Position numbers and translations under genes: made by a program
Assembly: GCA_036381415.1 (NCBI GenBank)
Contig: DASVCV010000007.1
Location: 1,229-65,228, forward strand
DNA length: 64,000 nucleotides
Direction of reading: 5' to 3'
Source: Patescibacteria group bacterium
GTDB lineage: Bacteria > Patescibacteriota > Microgenomatia > UBA8517
The notes under the pieces: model-generated
What the model was told of the DNA's origin: nothing
The model's input: the letters and a program-made list of their open reading frames with translations, nothing else
The model's database searches: none
In this document: positions 31,406 through 40,473 of the stretch, one piece after another
How positions within the stretch are numbered: position 1 is the first letter of the stretch
Layout: each line of letters opens with the position of its first letter

Positions 31406-31975
31406 TTACTTTGTTTCCTTTTCTTTAACTTCCACTTCCTCTTTGGGCTTTGCTGATTTGGTTACAGGTGAGATTGTCATTATTAGGTGCCTTCCAATAA
31501 ACTTAGGCTCCATATCTACATGAATTGTCTCTCCCAGATCTTTTATGGTTTTGCCTAAAAGATCATATCCAAATCCTCTACTTCCCATCTGTCTTCCCTT
31601 AAATACAACTGTTAATTTAACTTTGTTTTTCTCTTTCAAAAACTCTTTTACTCTTTCCAGTCTTGTATTGTAATCGTTCTCTGCTATAAAAGGAGAAAGC
31701 CTGATTTCCTTAACTTCCCCTCCTTTAGATTTCCTTGCCCCTGCTTTTTTCTTTTTTTCCTCTTGATATATGTATTTACCTAGATCAGCTATTTTAGCTA
31801 CAGGTGGTTTTGCACCAGGTGCAATCTCAATTAGATCTAGTTCTACCTCGCGTGCTTTAGCTAAGGCAGTACTTCTATCTAACAACCCAACTTGCTTTCC
31901 GTCTTCCCCAATTACTCTTAATTCCGGGGCACGGATCTCTTCATTCACTCGTAAATTTATATTCCCTTTTCTCAA
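31406..31975 (-). CDS. infC: Translation initiation factor IF-3
   Basis: VNEEIRAPELRVI, PPVAKI, KEIRL, FKGRQ. Start codon uncertain. Confidence 0.95.
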   Translation of the reverse strand: MRKGNINLRVNEEIRAPELRVIGEDGKQVGLLDRSTALAKAREVELDLIEIAPGAKPPVAKIADLGKYIYQEEKKKKAGARKSKGGEVKEIRLSPFIAENDYNTRLERVKEFLKEKNKVKLTVVFKGRQMGSRGFGYDLLGKTIKDLGETIHVDMEPKFIGRHLIMTISPVTKSAKPKEEVEVKEKETK

Positions 31976-32025
31976 TGTGACGCAGTTATTTTACCACAAG
32001 CTGGGCTTGGAGCCAAGCTATCTTC

Positions 32026-33297
32026 TTAAATATTGCTCTTCTTTTCAATTTCACCCTCAATTTTTGATAAAAACTCACTCAAACTAACCTGTCCATAGTC
32101 TTTGCCAGACCTGTCTCTTACTGCTACTTTTTTAGCCTCTTCCTCCTTATTTCCAATTATAAGCATGTAGGGGACTTTTTCCATTTGGGCATCCCTAATC
32201 TTAGCTTGAAGTGTTTCATTCCTGTCATCTGCCTCTACTCTTATTCCTTTTTCAAGTAGCTTGCTAACTATCTCTTCTGCATATTTAACATTTTTCTCAG
32301 TTAAGGCAAGTACTTTTACCTGGACTGGAGCAAGCCAAGTAGGAAATGCTCCTTTATATTTTTCTATTAAGAAAGCAATGCTTCTCTCAATGGCTCCTAC
32401 TGAAGATCTATGAATTACAACTGCTTCCTCCTGTTCACCTTTTTCATTGGTGTAGGCTAATTTAAATCTTTTAGGAAAGACAAAGTCATATTGAACAGTA
32501 AAAGCAGTGTCTTCTTTTCCATTAGCATTAATCATTTGAATATCAACCTTTGGTCCATAAAAAGCAGCTTCTCCTTTAGCTTCAACAAATTTGTCTTTTC
32601 TTCCCTTTAATACACTTCTTAATATCTCTTCTGCCTCATCCCAGGCTTTATCATCCTTGTAGTATTTCTTTGTATTCTCTCTATCACCCAAAGATAGTCT
32701 GTAGTGATAATCGTTATCTTTAACCAATCCTAATACGCCTGAAACATACTCAATCAAATCAAAAACACCATTTAGCTCAGAATTAACCTGGTCCTTCCTT
32801 GCAATAATATGGGCATCAGCCAAGCAGAAAGATCTTGTTCTAATTAGTCCCATTAACTCCCCTGATTTCTCGTATCTAAATAACTTTGATAATTCTGCAA
32901 TCCTAATAGGGAGCTCTCTATATGAATGTGGTTTTGACAAATAAAGTTCAAAATGATGCGGACAAGTCATGGGCCTAAGCATGTACTCTTCATCCTCAAT
33001 TACAATTGGAGCATACATTGAATCTTTGTAGTAAGGATAATGTCCTGACTTTTTATACAAATCTAGTTTTGCAATTTCTGGAGTATAAACATGGCTATAT
33101 CCACGCTTTAGCTCTTCATCCACTATAAAGCGCTCAAGGACTCTCCTTACAGCAGCTCCTTTATAAGTCCAGAGTGGAAGTCCTTTTCCCACAGTGTCAG
33201 AAAAGGTAAAAAGATCAAGTTTCTTTCCAAGGACTTTGTGGTCCCACTCTTTTTCCTTTACTTCACTTTCATTAATTTTTTTATTTTTACTATTCAT
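32026..33297 (-). CDS. thrS: Threonyl-tRNA synthetase, catalytic and anticodon domains only
   Basis: DHKVLGKKLDLF, RPMTCPHH, AFYGPKVD, IHRS. No TGS or editing domain (423 aa). Confidence 0.95.
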   Translation of the reverse strand: MNSKNKKINESEVKEKEWDHKVLGKKLDLFTFSDTVGKGLPLWTYKGAAVRRVLERFIVDEELKRGYSHVYTPEIAKLDLYKKSGHYPYYKDSMYAPIVIEDEEYMLRPMTCPHHFELYLSKPHSYRELPIRIAELSKLFRYEKSGELMGLIRTRSFCLADAHIIARKDQVNSELNGVFDLIEYVSGVLGLVKDNDYHYRLSLGDRENTKKYYKDDKAWDEAEEILRSVLKGRKDKFVEAKGEAAFYGPKVDIQMINANGKEDTAFTVQYDFVFPKRFKLAYTNEKGEQEEAVVIHRSSVGAIERSIAFLIEKYKGAFPTWLAPVQVKVLALTEKNVKYAEEIVSKLLEKGIRVEADDRNETLQAKIRDAQMEKVPYMLIIGNKEEEAKKVAVRDRSGKDYGQVSLSEFLSKIEGEIEKKSNI

Positions 33298-33311
33298 ATT
33301 AATTTCCTTCT

Positions 33312-33452
33312 AAAAACAAAAAATCCGCCTTCCTAATTATTTAAGAAGACGGCTAAACCGTGGTTCCACTTCTCTTACTTCTCTTAGTCCGTTTCGTGAA
33401 CAACCCGTCTTTAGCTTTCTGGTTGGTGAATCCAAATAATAACGCTTCAGAA
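33312..33452 (-). promoter_or_regulatory. Compact T-box riboswitch leader of thrS
   Basis: Antiterminator AGAAG-TGGAACC-ACGG-TTTAG-CCGT-CTTCT overlaps a terminator (33325-33352) plus U tract. Upstream promoter TTGACA-N17-CATAAT. Confidence 0.8.
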
Positions 33453-33491
33453 TAATTTATTATGAGATTTCAAAAACTCATTGTCAAGTTG

Positions 33492-33562
33492 TGGACCCGG
33501 AGGGAATCGAACCCTCTATCCTTCTATGCCATAGAAGTGTGTTACCAGTATACCACGGGCCC
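33492..33562 (-). tRNA. tRNA-Ala(GGC)
   Basis: Cloverleaf, G3:U70 pair, anticodon arm CTTCT-ATGGCAT-AGAAG. Confidence 0.95.
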
Positions 33563-33570
33563 TTGTTATG

Positions 33571-33643
33571 TGGTCGATGCCAGGCTCGAACTGACGACCT
33601 CCTTTACGTCAAAAAGGCGCTCTACCAACTGAGCTAATCGACC
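33571..33643 (-). tRNA. tRNA-Val(GAC)
   Basis: Cloverleaf, anticodon arm CCTTT-TTGACGT-AAAGG. Confidence 0.95.
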
Positions 33644-33645
33644 AA

Positions 33646-34323
33646 CTACTCCAGTATTTTACTGCAAAAGCCCTCATTTATAAAGCTTATCCTCCTCATT
33701 AGATCAATCCTGCCACACTCAATGGCACATACTCCTTTATATGTCTCATAAGTTTTAGAACTAACAGGACGCTTCTCTCTGGTAAAACTAAAATTTTTAC
33801 GAGGTATTTTTAATTGAGCTGACCAAAACCTTATTAACTTTTCTGCATCTTGATCCACCCTTAAATGGAGTTCGCATCTCAAGTTTTTTCTATCCACTCC
33901 ATAAAGGATATGTAAACATTCCACGAAAAACTTAAGAATTACTGGATTAGTATTTCCAAGAGATGTACGTCCTTTTTTTGTACCTTCACCAAGATAAAGC
34001 ATAGACAATGCAAGCTCCAGAAGACTCTTGTCTTGGAAATTTATATTGCTTAAAACAAGGCTTGCTTGATGTCTTGCTTCAAGTATTCTTTTTTCCTTTT
34101 GGGCGTGGTGCCATACAACAGCTTTTTTTCTTGCTTGTTTAAGGGACGCTCTTACTCTCCTGTCTAGACTTTGTTTTTGAGTAGGAGTTAGTTCAATTCC
34201 TCTTAGCCAGCCACTCAATGTAGACCGAGGTATACCCAGCTTTCTTTCAATCTCACCGATAGATTTTCCACTTTGTCTTAAGTTGATAGACTTATTTTTG
34301 TACTCGTACCACTGTGATCTCAC
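33646..34323 (-). CDS. HTH plus single-motif LAGLIDADG-like protein abutting tRNA-Val
   Basis: N-terminal HTH (SIGEIERKLGIPRSTLSGW) and LAGLIDADG-like helix LSMLYLGEG followed by 'LGNTNPVILKFF'. Stop codon is 2 nt before the tRNA. Confidence 0.7.
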   Translation of the reverse strand: MRSQWYEYKNKSINLRQSGKSIGEIERKLGIPRSTLSGWLRGIELTPTQKQSLDRRVRASLKQARKKAVVWHHAQKEKRILEARHQASLVLSNINFQDKSLLELALSMLYLGEGTKKGRTSLGNTNPVILKFFVECLHILYGVDRKNLRCELHLRVDQDAEKLIRFWSAQLKIPRKNFSFTREKRPVSSKTYETYKGVCAIECGRIDLMRRISFINEGFCSKILE

Positions 34324-34384
34324 TATTTAAGAATATCTCCTATATACGAACAATACAAGTATTATTCTATGCACTAAATTCTGC

Positions 34385-34588
34385 TTATCTGCCTTCTTCC
34401 ACATTAGTCTTATTACTGTTACCTTTAATAAATGCTATATCTGTAGTTACTCCCAATCCCGAAGCTCCATGATAATAATCTTCAATTTCAATAACAGGTT
34501 GCGTATTTCCTTTTTCTTCCTCTTTGTTTTCCTTAACTTGGGAAAAATCAGGTCCTTCAATAAATCCATAAGCTTTCTTTATTTCCAT
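34385..34588 (-). CDS. Hypothetical small acidic protein
   Basis: Strong SD AGGAGGTGA 6 nt before the ATG. Confidence 0.6.
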   Translation of the reverse strand: MEIKKAYGFIEGPDFSQVKENKEEEKGNTQPVIEIEDYYHGASGLGVTTDIAFIKGNSNKTNVEEGR

Positions 34589-35169
34589 TTTTGATCACCT
34601 CCTTTTAAGTTAACAGGACGTCCATTTGATGCTAATGGAACAATTCCTTGCTTAAGTAAAGTTGAAACTATTGTGTAATTTGAACTAGGGTAATCTACTT
34701 CCTTTTCACTTAATAAACAGTCAAGTAGTGCCACTCTTACTTTATATCCCCCAGGAACAGTTATGTATGCTAAGTGTCCTGATCTCACAACACCTCCATC
34801 TTTTTGTCTATTTATATAATCAACCTCCCTGTTTAAAAAATCATGCAACTTAGCTTCTCCATTTGGATTTATTTTTCCCCACTCAATGACAAATGTACCA
34901 TCTTTTAAGAGAGTAAAATAAGCTGACGCTGGCCTGTCTTCTCCAAACACATCTTTAGAAGCTACACAACTATTGTTGTGAAGTCTAAACTCTAGTGCTC
35001 GTGCAGTCTCACTATCACCAATCCAGTTATAAGCTCTTCTTAAAAGTCTCATTTCGCCAGGTCCAATTGTAGAAGAAGAGACATAAACCTCTCTTCCTAT
35101 TAATGGACTAATATTTCCTAGATCCTCATTATGTTCTTGTATGTTTATTTCTTTTAATTCTGTTAACAT
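34579..35169 (-). CDS. Hypothetical protein under attenuator control
   Basis: 196-aa ORF with no recognised motif. Confidence 0.7.
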   Translation of the reverse strand: MLTELKEINIQEHNEDLGNISPLIGREVYVSSSTIGPGEMRLLRRAYNWIGDSETARALEFRLHNNSCVASKDVFGEDRPASAYFTLLKDGTFVIEWGKINPNGEAKLHDFLNREVDYINRQKDGGVVRSGHLAYITVPGGYKVRVALLDCLLSEKEVDYPSSNYTIVSTLLKQGIVPLASNGRPVNLKGGDQKWK

Positions 35170-35178
35170 TTTGGTATT

Positions 35179-35317
35179 AAAAAAACCTCTCTGGTGAGAG
35201 GTTTGTTCTTTTTTATTTGTTTATTTTAATTTATTTATTTGTTCTTTTTCCTCCCACCAAATCTTAGCCCTTAATAATAAGGTTAAAGAGTACTGATGTG
35301 AGAAAATTCCTTGACAT
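35179..35317 (-). promoter_or_regulatory. Leader-peptide attenuator (uORF 35264-35317, MSRNFLTSVLFNLIIKG)
   Basis: TGCTAGAAT -10 box, then the uORF. TGGTGGGAGG can pair with CCTCTCACCA. Terminator AAACCTCTC-ACCA-GAGAGGTTT-TTTT. Confidence 0.6.
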
Positions 35318-35389
35318 TAAAAGTATTCTAGCACAAGTATATCTTGCTGCCAAGCTTTGCTTGTCTGAAGAGCTACACACATGTCAAAC

Positions 35390-36028
35390 CTAGCCAGCTG
35401 ATCTTTGTAAGTAATCTTCAGAAGAAAGAAGTCTTTTACCTCCATGTTTTTTATATTGTCCCCAGAAGGTTTTCTTTTGTGCTCTTTTGTTTGCAGCTCC
35501 AAGCCAGGCATTGGCGCTTTCTATGTTTTTTCTAAAGCTTCTAACAAATTCCAATATTCTTTCAAAGAAAATCAAATGGTAAACTCCAGGATTTGCTGGA
35601 GCCTGTATTGTTGCAATCTCAACCTGACGTGCTAGTTGTGGAGTTGAGTGTGCAATTTTTGCAATCTCAGTTGTAATTGCATGAAGTTCAAGCCTTAAAT
35701 TTTGATTTTGTTTTTCAAGTATGCCCTTCTCTTCTTGTCTAATCTGTCTTTCAAAACCAAGCTGTTTTTTTAGTTTATCAGTCTGTTCTTGCTTTCCGGT
35801 TTTTACATCATTCATGACCACTTCTTTTCCTGGTTCCATATCCCCGGAAAACTTTCTCTTGGGCTTCATTCCCAAGATTTGATTCATGAATTCTCTTGCT
35901 GATTCGCGGAGTAAATCTTCTTTAACAGATTTGCCAGTGGAGTTTCCTACTTCTTTTAAGGCTTCAAGTACATTTTGCCTTCTAATTTGCTTTTGAGCTT
36001 TTTGCTGTTTAGTCTGGTTTTTATCCAT
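35390..36028 (-). CDS. Conserved CPR coiled-coil protein (DUF5660-like)
   Basis: 'PGVYHLIFFERIL...IESANAWL' pattern, recognised from memory. Confidence 0.6.
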   Translation of the reverse strand: MDKNQTKQQKAQKQIRRQNVLEALKEVGNSTGKSVKEDLLRESAREFMNQILGMKPKRKFSGDMEPGKEVVMNDVKTGKQEQTDKLKKQLGFERQIRQEEKGILEKQNQNLRLELHAITTEIAKIAHSTPQLARQVEIATIQAPANPGVYHLIFFERILEFVRSFRKNIESANAWLGAANKRAQKKTFWGQYKKHGGKRLLSSEDYLQRSAG

Positions 36029-36085
36029 ACTTCTAGATTATATCTTGGATGATACCTCATCCGCTAATTGAAAGTTGGAAACATT

Positions 36086-36937
36086 TTAGACTAGTGCCAT
36101 CAAGCGGTCAAGCGCAGCCCGACGCCTTAAAACTGATTTCACAACTAATTTCTGCTCAGGGTTTTGAGGTGCTTCAACCCCAGTTGCTTTAATGGCGTCA
36201 TCTACCTGTTTTTCAGACACCTCTACTGCCTCATTTTCTGCAATTTTATTTAAGGCCAATTCAATAGTAATTCCTTCTTTTACCTGTTTTTCATACTCAT
36301 TTCTTAATCCTTCTCCTGTTTTGCCAATAGAAGCCAAGTATGAATCAAGATTAAGTCCAAGTTTTTCAATTCTTGCTAGTAAGCTTGAAAGTCTGGTGTT
36401 TACCTCTTCATCAATTAAGAGTCTTGGAAGTTTTACTTTGACTGTTTCTAAAAGAGTAGAAATTACCTTTTGCTCTTTTTCTTCTTTAGTAAGTTCTTTT
36501 TTAAGTGAGGCAGCTCTTAAAGCTCCTTCAACAGTCTTTTTGTAATCTCCCAATTCAATCTCAGGGAAAAGGGCTGTAGTAGCTCTTACCTGCCAAGTAT
36601 CTCCCTGGCTCAAAAGTTCAAACTTGGGGTATGTGATTGGCTTTATTTTATTTGCAGTAACTGCTTCTGAATAAGCCAAAGGAAGAATCTGGGCCAAACA
36701 TTTTTCTGTTAATTCCTGCTCTCCAATTTTTGCTTTTACCTTTTCAAGTGGGGCATTTCCCTTCCTAAATCCGGCAATAGTAGTGTTTTTCTGATAATCA
36801 AGAACAATCTTTTCCTGTGCATCCTCAATGACTTTTTTAGGAATGCTAAAAGTAATCTGGACGCTACCGTCTTCTGTTGTAGCAACAGTGGATGTTATTT
36901 TAGAAACTGACTTCTCTTTTGGATGAGCTTTGGCCAT
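36086..36937 (-). CDS. tig: Trigger factor lacking the PPIase domain
   Basis: Ribosome-binding GFRKGNAP, PEIELGDY and a C-terminal SurA-like domain. Start set at ATG 36937, after TATAAT. Confidence 0.88.
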   Translation of the reverse strand: MAKAHPKEKSVSKITSTVATTEDGSVQITFSIPKKVIEDAQEKIVLDYQKNTTIAGFRKGNAPLEKVKAKIGEQELTEKCLAQILPLAYSEAVTANKIKPITYPKFELLSQGDTWQVRATTALFPEIELGDYKKTVEGALRAASLKKELTKEEKEQKVISTLLETVKVKLPRLLIDEEVNTRLSSLLARIEKLGLNLDSYLASIGKTGEGLRNEYEKQVKEGITIELALNKIAENEAVEVSEKQVDDAIKATGVEAPQNPEQKLVVKSVLRRRAALDRLMALV

Positions 36938-36975
36938 AGCTCGTATTATACCTGAAAATTGACCAAAACCCAAAA

Positions 36976-37143
36976 TCAGCCTTTATGCTGGGTTTTAAAT
37001 CTGGCTGGATCAAATTTGACAGTATTTCCTTTTCCACCAAACTTACTTCCCCTAAAGAAGCTTGGGGTTCTAAACCCTAAAGTGCTTGCAGGGGTAGTTT
37101 TGATAAAACTGTTTTTCTGTTTAGTCTTTTTGTTTTCACTCAT
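36976..37143 (-). CDS. 55-aa basic microprotein upstream of tig
   Basis: MSENKKTKQK...FDPARFKTQHKG; TATAAT lies 6 nt before the ATG. Confidence 0.6.
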   Translation of the reverse strand: MSENKKTKQKNSFIKTTPASTLGFRTPSFFRGSKFGGKGNTVKFDPARFKTQHKG

Positions 37144-37175
37144 GCCTAAATTATACAAGAAAGAGCAATTTCTAG

Positions 37176-37940
37176 CTAATTTTTTCCTTTGGGTGAATTT
37201 GCTGAAGAATTTGTATCATTGTTTGGACTATTAGGAATATTTTGTTCTTTATTATTTTGTATCTCTCTAGCTCTCTCTGAAGCCTGGGGTGGAAGGTCTT
37301 TCTTCACTTCTTCCTTAATTTTTTCCAGGTTCTCATTCACTTGATTTAGTTGAATGATATTTTCTTGGGTCTGTGCAGTGCTTGTCGGTATATTAGTAGT
37401 TGCAGCAACTGGAGCTGTTGGTGTGTTTACCTTTTGCGAAGGTGTCTGTGTAGTTGTTTGGGCGGTACCAGATGTAGGGAGAACTGTATTGGTATTTGCA
37501 GTTACTTGTGTTTGAGGAATTACCGGATTAACACTTGTAGTAGAGGCTTGATATTGTAAAGCTGTGCTTTTTGCCTCAATGCTTTTTTGATATTCATCAA
37601 TGCTTGCTATAAATTCAGCTGCCTTTTTTGGATCTTTCTGGTCTGATATCAATTTTTGTGTTTGTTGAGCTTGTTCAACTAAGAGTGAATACCCCAAGGT
37701 TGAACCTTTATTTGCAAGAAGTTTATCTGCTTCTTTAAACCTCCTATCTGTAAAGTTAATTGAAAGAGCTGATCCAATTGGAGTCTTAACTGTAATTGCC
37801 AAGGCAACACCTTCAAATGCTCTTTTAGTTGAATAAAGGGTGTCTCCGGGTATTGCATTCCAGGAAGCAAGTATAAGTCCAGTTGGTGCAAAGAAAAAAA
37901 TGGCAAAGATTGTTGCAAGAGTTCCTAAGACTTTTCTCAT
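37176..37940 (-). CDS. DUF5667-like exported protein
   Basis: AIPGDTLYSTKRAFE...RRFKEA and a T/Q/N-rich linker. Confidence 0.75.
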   Translation of the reverse strand: MRKVLGTLATIFAIFFFAPTGLILASWNAIPGDTLYSTKRAFEGVALAITVKTPIGSALSINFTDRRFKEADKLLANKGSTLGYSLLVEQAQQTQKLISDQKDPKKAAEFIASIDEYQKSIEAKSTALQYQASTTSVNPVIPQTQVTANTNTVLPTSGTAQTTTQTPSQKVNTPTAPVAATTNIPTSTAQTQENIIQLNQVNENLEKIKEEVKKDLPPQASERAREIQNNKEQNIPNSPNNDTNSSANSPKGKN

Positions 37941-38275
37941 TCGCGTGCCAGTTTATGGAGAAACCAGGAAATGAGAGACAGTGCAATTGAAGCAATAATT
38001 GCAGTAGCAAAACTTGAAATTGTAAATCCAGGAACAATTAAACTCACTGCCCACAAAAGTGCAACATTAATTAAAAAGGCTGCAATTCCAAAAGTAAGAA
38101 GCGAGATTGGAAGTGCAATAAGCTGCAGGATTGGTTTTATAAAGGTATTAACTACTCCAATTACAACAGCAGCAACAATTGCACTGGTTAAGTTGTCTAA
38201 ATTAAACCCTGGAACAATATAGGCAACCACAAGAAGAGCAAACACATTAATAGCAAGCTTCATTACCAACTTCAT
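37937..38275 (-). CDS. Four-TM membrane protein, phage holin family 4 (YvlD-like)
   Basis: 'VNTFIKPIL...LPISLLTFG...INVALL'. Confidence 0.88.
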   Translation of the reverse strand: MKLVMKLAINVFALLVVAYIVPGFNLDNLTSAIVAAVVIGVVNTFIKPILQLIALPISLLTFGIAAFLINVALLWAVSLIVPGFTISSFATAIIASIALSLISWFLHKLARE

Positions 38276-38290
38276 ATCTCTTCTTTTATA

Positions 38291-39310
38291 TTAGATATGC
38301 TTATTAAAAAAAGCAATATCTCTTGCCACAACTGTATTCCAGGAAGGCATTAAGTTGTGGTCTGCTCCTGGGTAGACATTGTAAATTATCTCTACTTTAT
38401 CTTCTTTTAATTTTTTGTTTAAATCATCACTCCAGATAAATGGAACAGACACATCAGCTGTTCCCTGTTCTAACTCAATTGGTGCTTTAATTCTATCTAA
38501 ATAATTATGTATTGAATAAAGATTAGGATCATATACTGCCTCAAAATCAGCAAGCTTCTTTCGTAAGAATCTTCCTAAATCATCTGCTTCATCTGTATAA
38601 AAAAGAATTGAATATGGAAAAGGTTTTGAAACAGGTGCCCACAAGACTGTTGGATATTCCACTCCTGTAATCTCAAGCACTGTTAATAGAATCTGTCCTC
38701 CATTTGAATGCCCCCAGAGAAAAATATTCTTGCCATCCCATTCAGGTATATTGTTTACTGACTTCATTAGTGTCATAAAAGTAGTGTAGGTTTGAAATCT
38801 TGCCTCAAATGTATCAGAAGGCTCTTTATCACTTTCTCCATATCCAAGAAAATCAGGTGCAACAGTGATAAACCCGTTGTTAGCAAAAGCTTCTGCCCCA
38901 TGCTGTGTTCCCTCGCCGCTGACGTATTTGTCTGCATCAACATATCCCCTTGCCATTAAAATAAGAGGAAACTTCTTGTCTACAACTGTTGATTTTGGAA
39001 TATTTATTATTCCAGAAACCTTTTTTGTGCCTCCTCCACCCAAGCTTGGATCAAAGCTAAAAGTAAAAAGATAGGAGGTAAAGCCCGGTTTATCTTCTAC
39101 CACTCTTTCTTTTGTAATAGCAACAGGGTTAATGTTAGGATATGCTTTTCCCAAACTATCAATTGTGTATTTATCTAGAGTTCTATCAACTATCTTTTGA
39201 ATTATCTTATTTTGAGTAGGTTTAGAAAGTATTTGTCTTTGAACCAAAATTCCAGCAAGTAAACCAAGGATAAGACTTAGAAAGGAGAAAATTGCAATTT
39301 TTTTCTTCAC
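38291..39310 (-). CDS. Membrane-anchored alpha/beta hydrolase (S9 peptidase-like)
   Basis: APDFLGYG, GHSNGG nucleophile elbow, GTADVSV, GADH. Confidence 0.88.
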   Translation of the reverse strand: MKKKIAIFSFLSLILGLLAGILVQRQILSKPTQNKIIQKIVDRTLDKYTIDSLGKAYPNINPVAITKERVVEDKPGFTSYLFTFSFDPSLGGGGTKKVSGIINIPKSTVVDKKFPLILMARGYVDADKYVSGEGTQHGAEAFANNGFITVAPDFLGYGESDKEPSDTFEARFQTYTTFMTLMKSVNNIPEWDGKNIFLWGHSNGGQILLTVLEITGVEYPTVLWAPVSKPFPYSILFYTDEADDLGRFLRKKLADFEAVYDPNLYSIHNYLDRIKAPIELEQGTADVSVPFIWSDDLNKKLKEDKVEIIYNVYPGADHNLMPSWNTVVARDIAFFNKHI

Positions 39311-39359
39311 GCCTTCATTTTACAACATTCCTAGCATCAAAGTTCAAAGTTTTATAGCC

Positions 39360-39701
39360 TTATCCTCTTTTCTGTCTAGTCTTTCCTCTTTCTTCTCTTA
39401 ACCTATCCTGAGTTCTATCAAGCTCTTCTGAAACTTTATCCAAACCTTTCTCTTTTAAGTCTTTTGCTTTTTCCCCAACATCTTCCTTTGCCTGATCAAT
39501 TTTGTCCTGGATCTCATCAATCTTGTCTGCCCCTTTTTCTTTCCAGTCATTAACTGTAGCCTTCACTCTTTTTCTGTTTCTTTCATCAGAGAAAAAAACA
39601 GCAGCAGCTCCCACTACAAGTCCAGTCAAAGCTGCCCAGAATACTCCCATTCCATTTGCCATATCTCTCGAATATCTGTCGTAGTCATTATTTCTTGCCA
39701 A
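39360..39701 (-). CDS. YtxH-like protein
   Basis: 'GLVVGAAAVFFS' followed by a charged helix; SD GGAGGTGA before TTG. Confidence 0.75.
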   Translation of the reverse strand: MARNNDYDRYSRDMANGMGVFWAALTGLVVGAAAVFFSDERNRKRVKATVNDWKEKGADKIDEIQDKIDQAKEDVGEKAKDLKEKGLDKVSEELDRTQDRLREERGKTRQKRG

Positions 39702-39707
39702 TGTGTA

Positions 39708-39938
39708 TCACCTCCTTCCCCTTCCACCTAACAAACTTTTAATAAATGATAATGCTCCAATTTTTACTTCACTTCTAAATAAAGAAATATTATGTGCAGT
39801 GTTTCTAACTTCCTCAGCAACAATTCTTATAGCTTTCAAAGTTAAAGATATCTGAATTAGAGTAAATGATATGACTGCAACAAGAGATAAAAATCCAATG
39901 GCCAAACAAATATTTAATAAGTCTTGTGTTGTTAGCAT
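39708..39938 (-). CDS. Small membrane protein (DUF948/YtxG-like)
   Basis: TM plus helix; precedes the YtxH-like gene. Confidence 0.6.
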   Translation of the reverse strand: MLTTQDLLNICLAIGFLSLVAVISFTLIQISLTLKAIRIVAEEVRNTAHNISLFRSEVKIGALSFIKSLLGGRGRR

Positions 39939-40032
39939 CAGTTATATTTTTTCAATACCCCATAAGTTTAAGGTAAGAACCTATTAAGAAACTGGTATGA
40001 TATAATCCCAAACCACAACCTAGGATAAAAAT

Positions 40033-40428
40033 ATGAAAGAGAAAGAGCGTGCCCTACCACTAAATTACAAAGATCTTCTGGTTTTAAGATTTATTTGGGA
40101 AGGAATTGGAGAAAAAGGATATCCTCCAACCATGGAGGAACTAAAAGAAAAGCTTCAGAAGGAAAGAAAATATATTCATGATGTTTTAGGACTAGAATCA
40201 GTGGACTTTGGATCCAATTCCAAATCAATTGTCTATAAATGTATCCAAAAGCTTGAGGAAAATGACATGGTTACTTGTAACTATGAAAAAAGGAAAGCAA
40301 GAGCAATTATTCCTCTTGTTCCCAGTGTCTTGCCTCTTGTTGGAACCCATAATCTCACTTCTTCTGAAATAGACTCACGCATCCAAGCCTATAAGAGAAA
40401 TCATAAAGTGATTTTACCTAAATATTAA
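40033..40428 (+). CDS. LexA-like DNA-binding domain without peptidase domain
   Basis: GYPPTMEEL, 'SKSIVYKCIQKLEE', KARAI, LPLVG. No Ala-Gly site and no S24 domain. Confidence 0.7.
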   Translation: MKEKERALPLNYKDLLVLRFIWEGIGEKGYPPTMEELKEKLQKERKYIHDVLGLESVDFGSNSKSIVYKCIQKLEENDMVTCNYEKRKARAIIPLVPSVLPLVGTHNLTSSEIDSRIQAYKRNHKVILPKY

Positions 40429-40473
40429 AACTTCCATATTGACTTCGGTTTCTTTTTGGGTTTATAAATAAGT

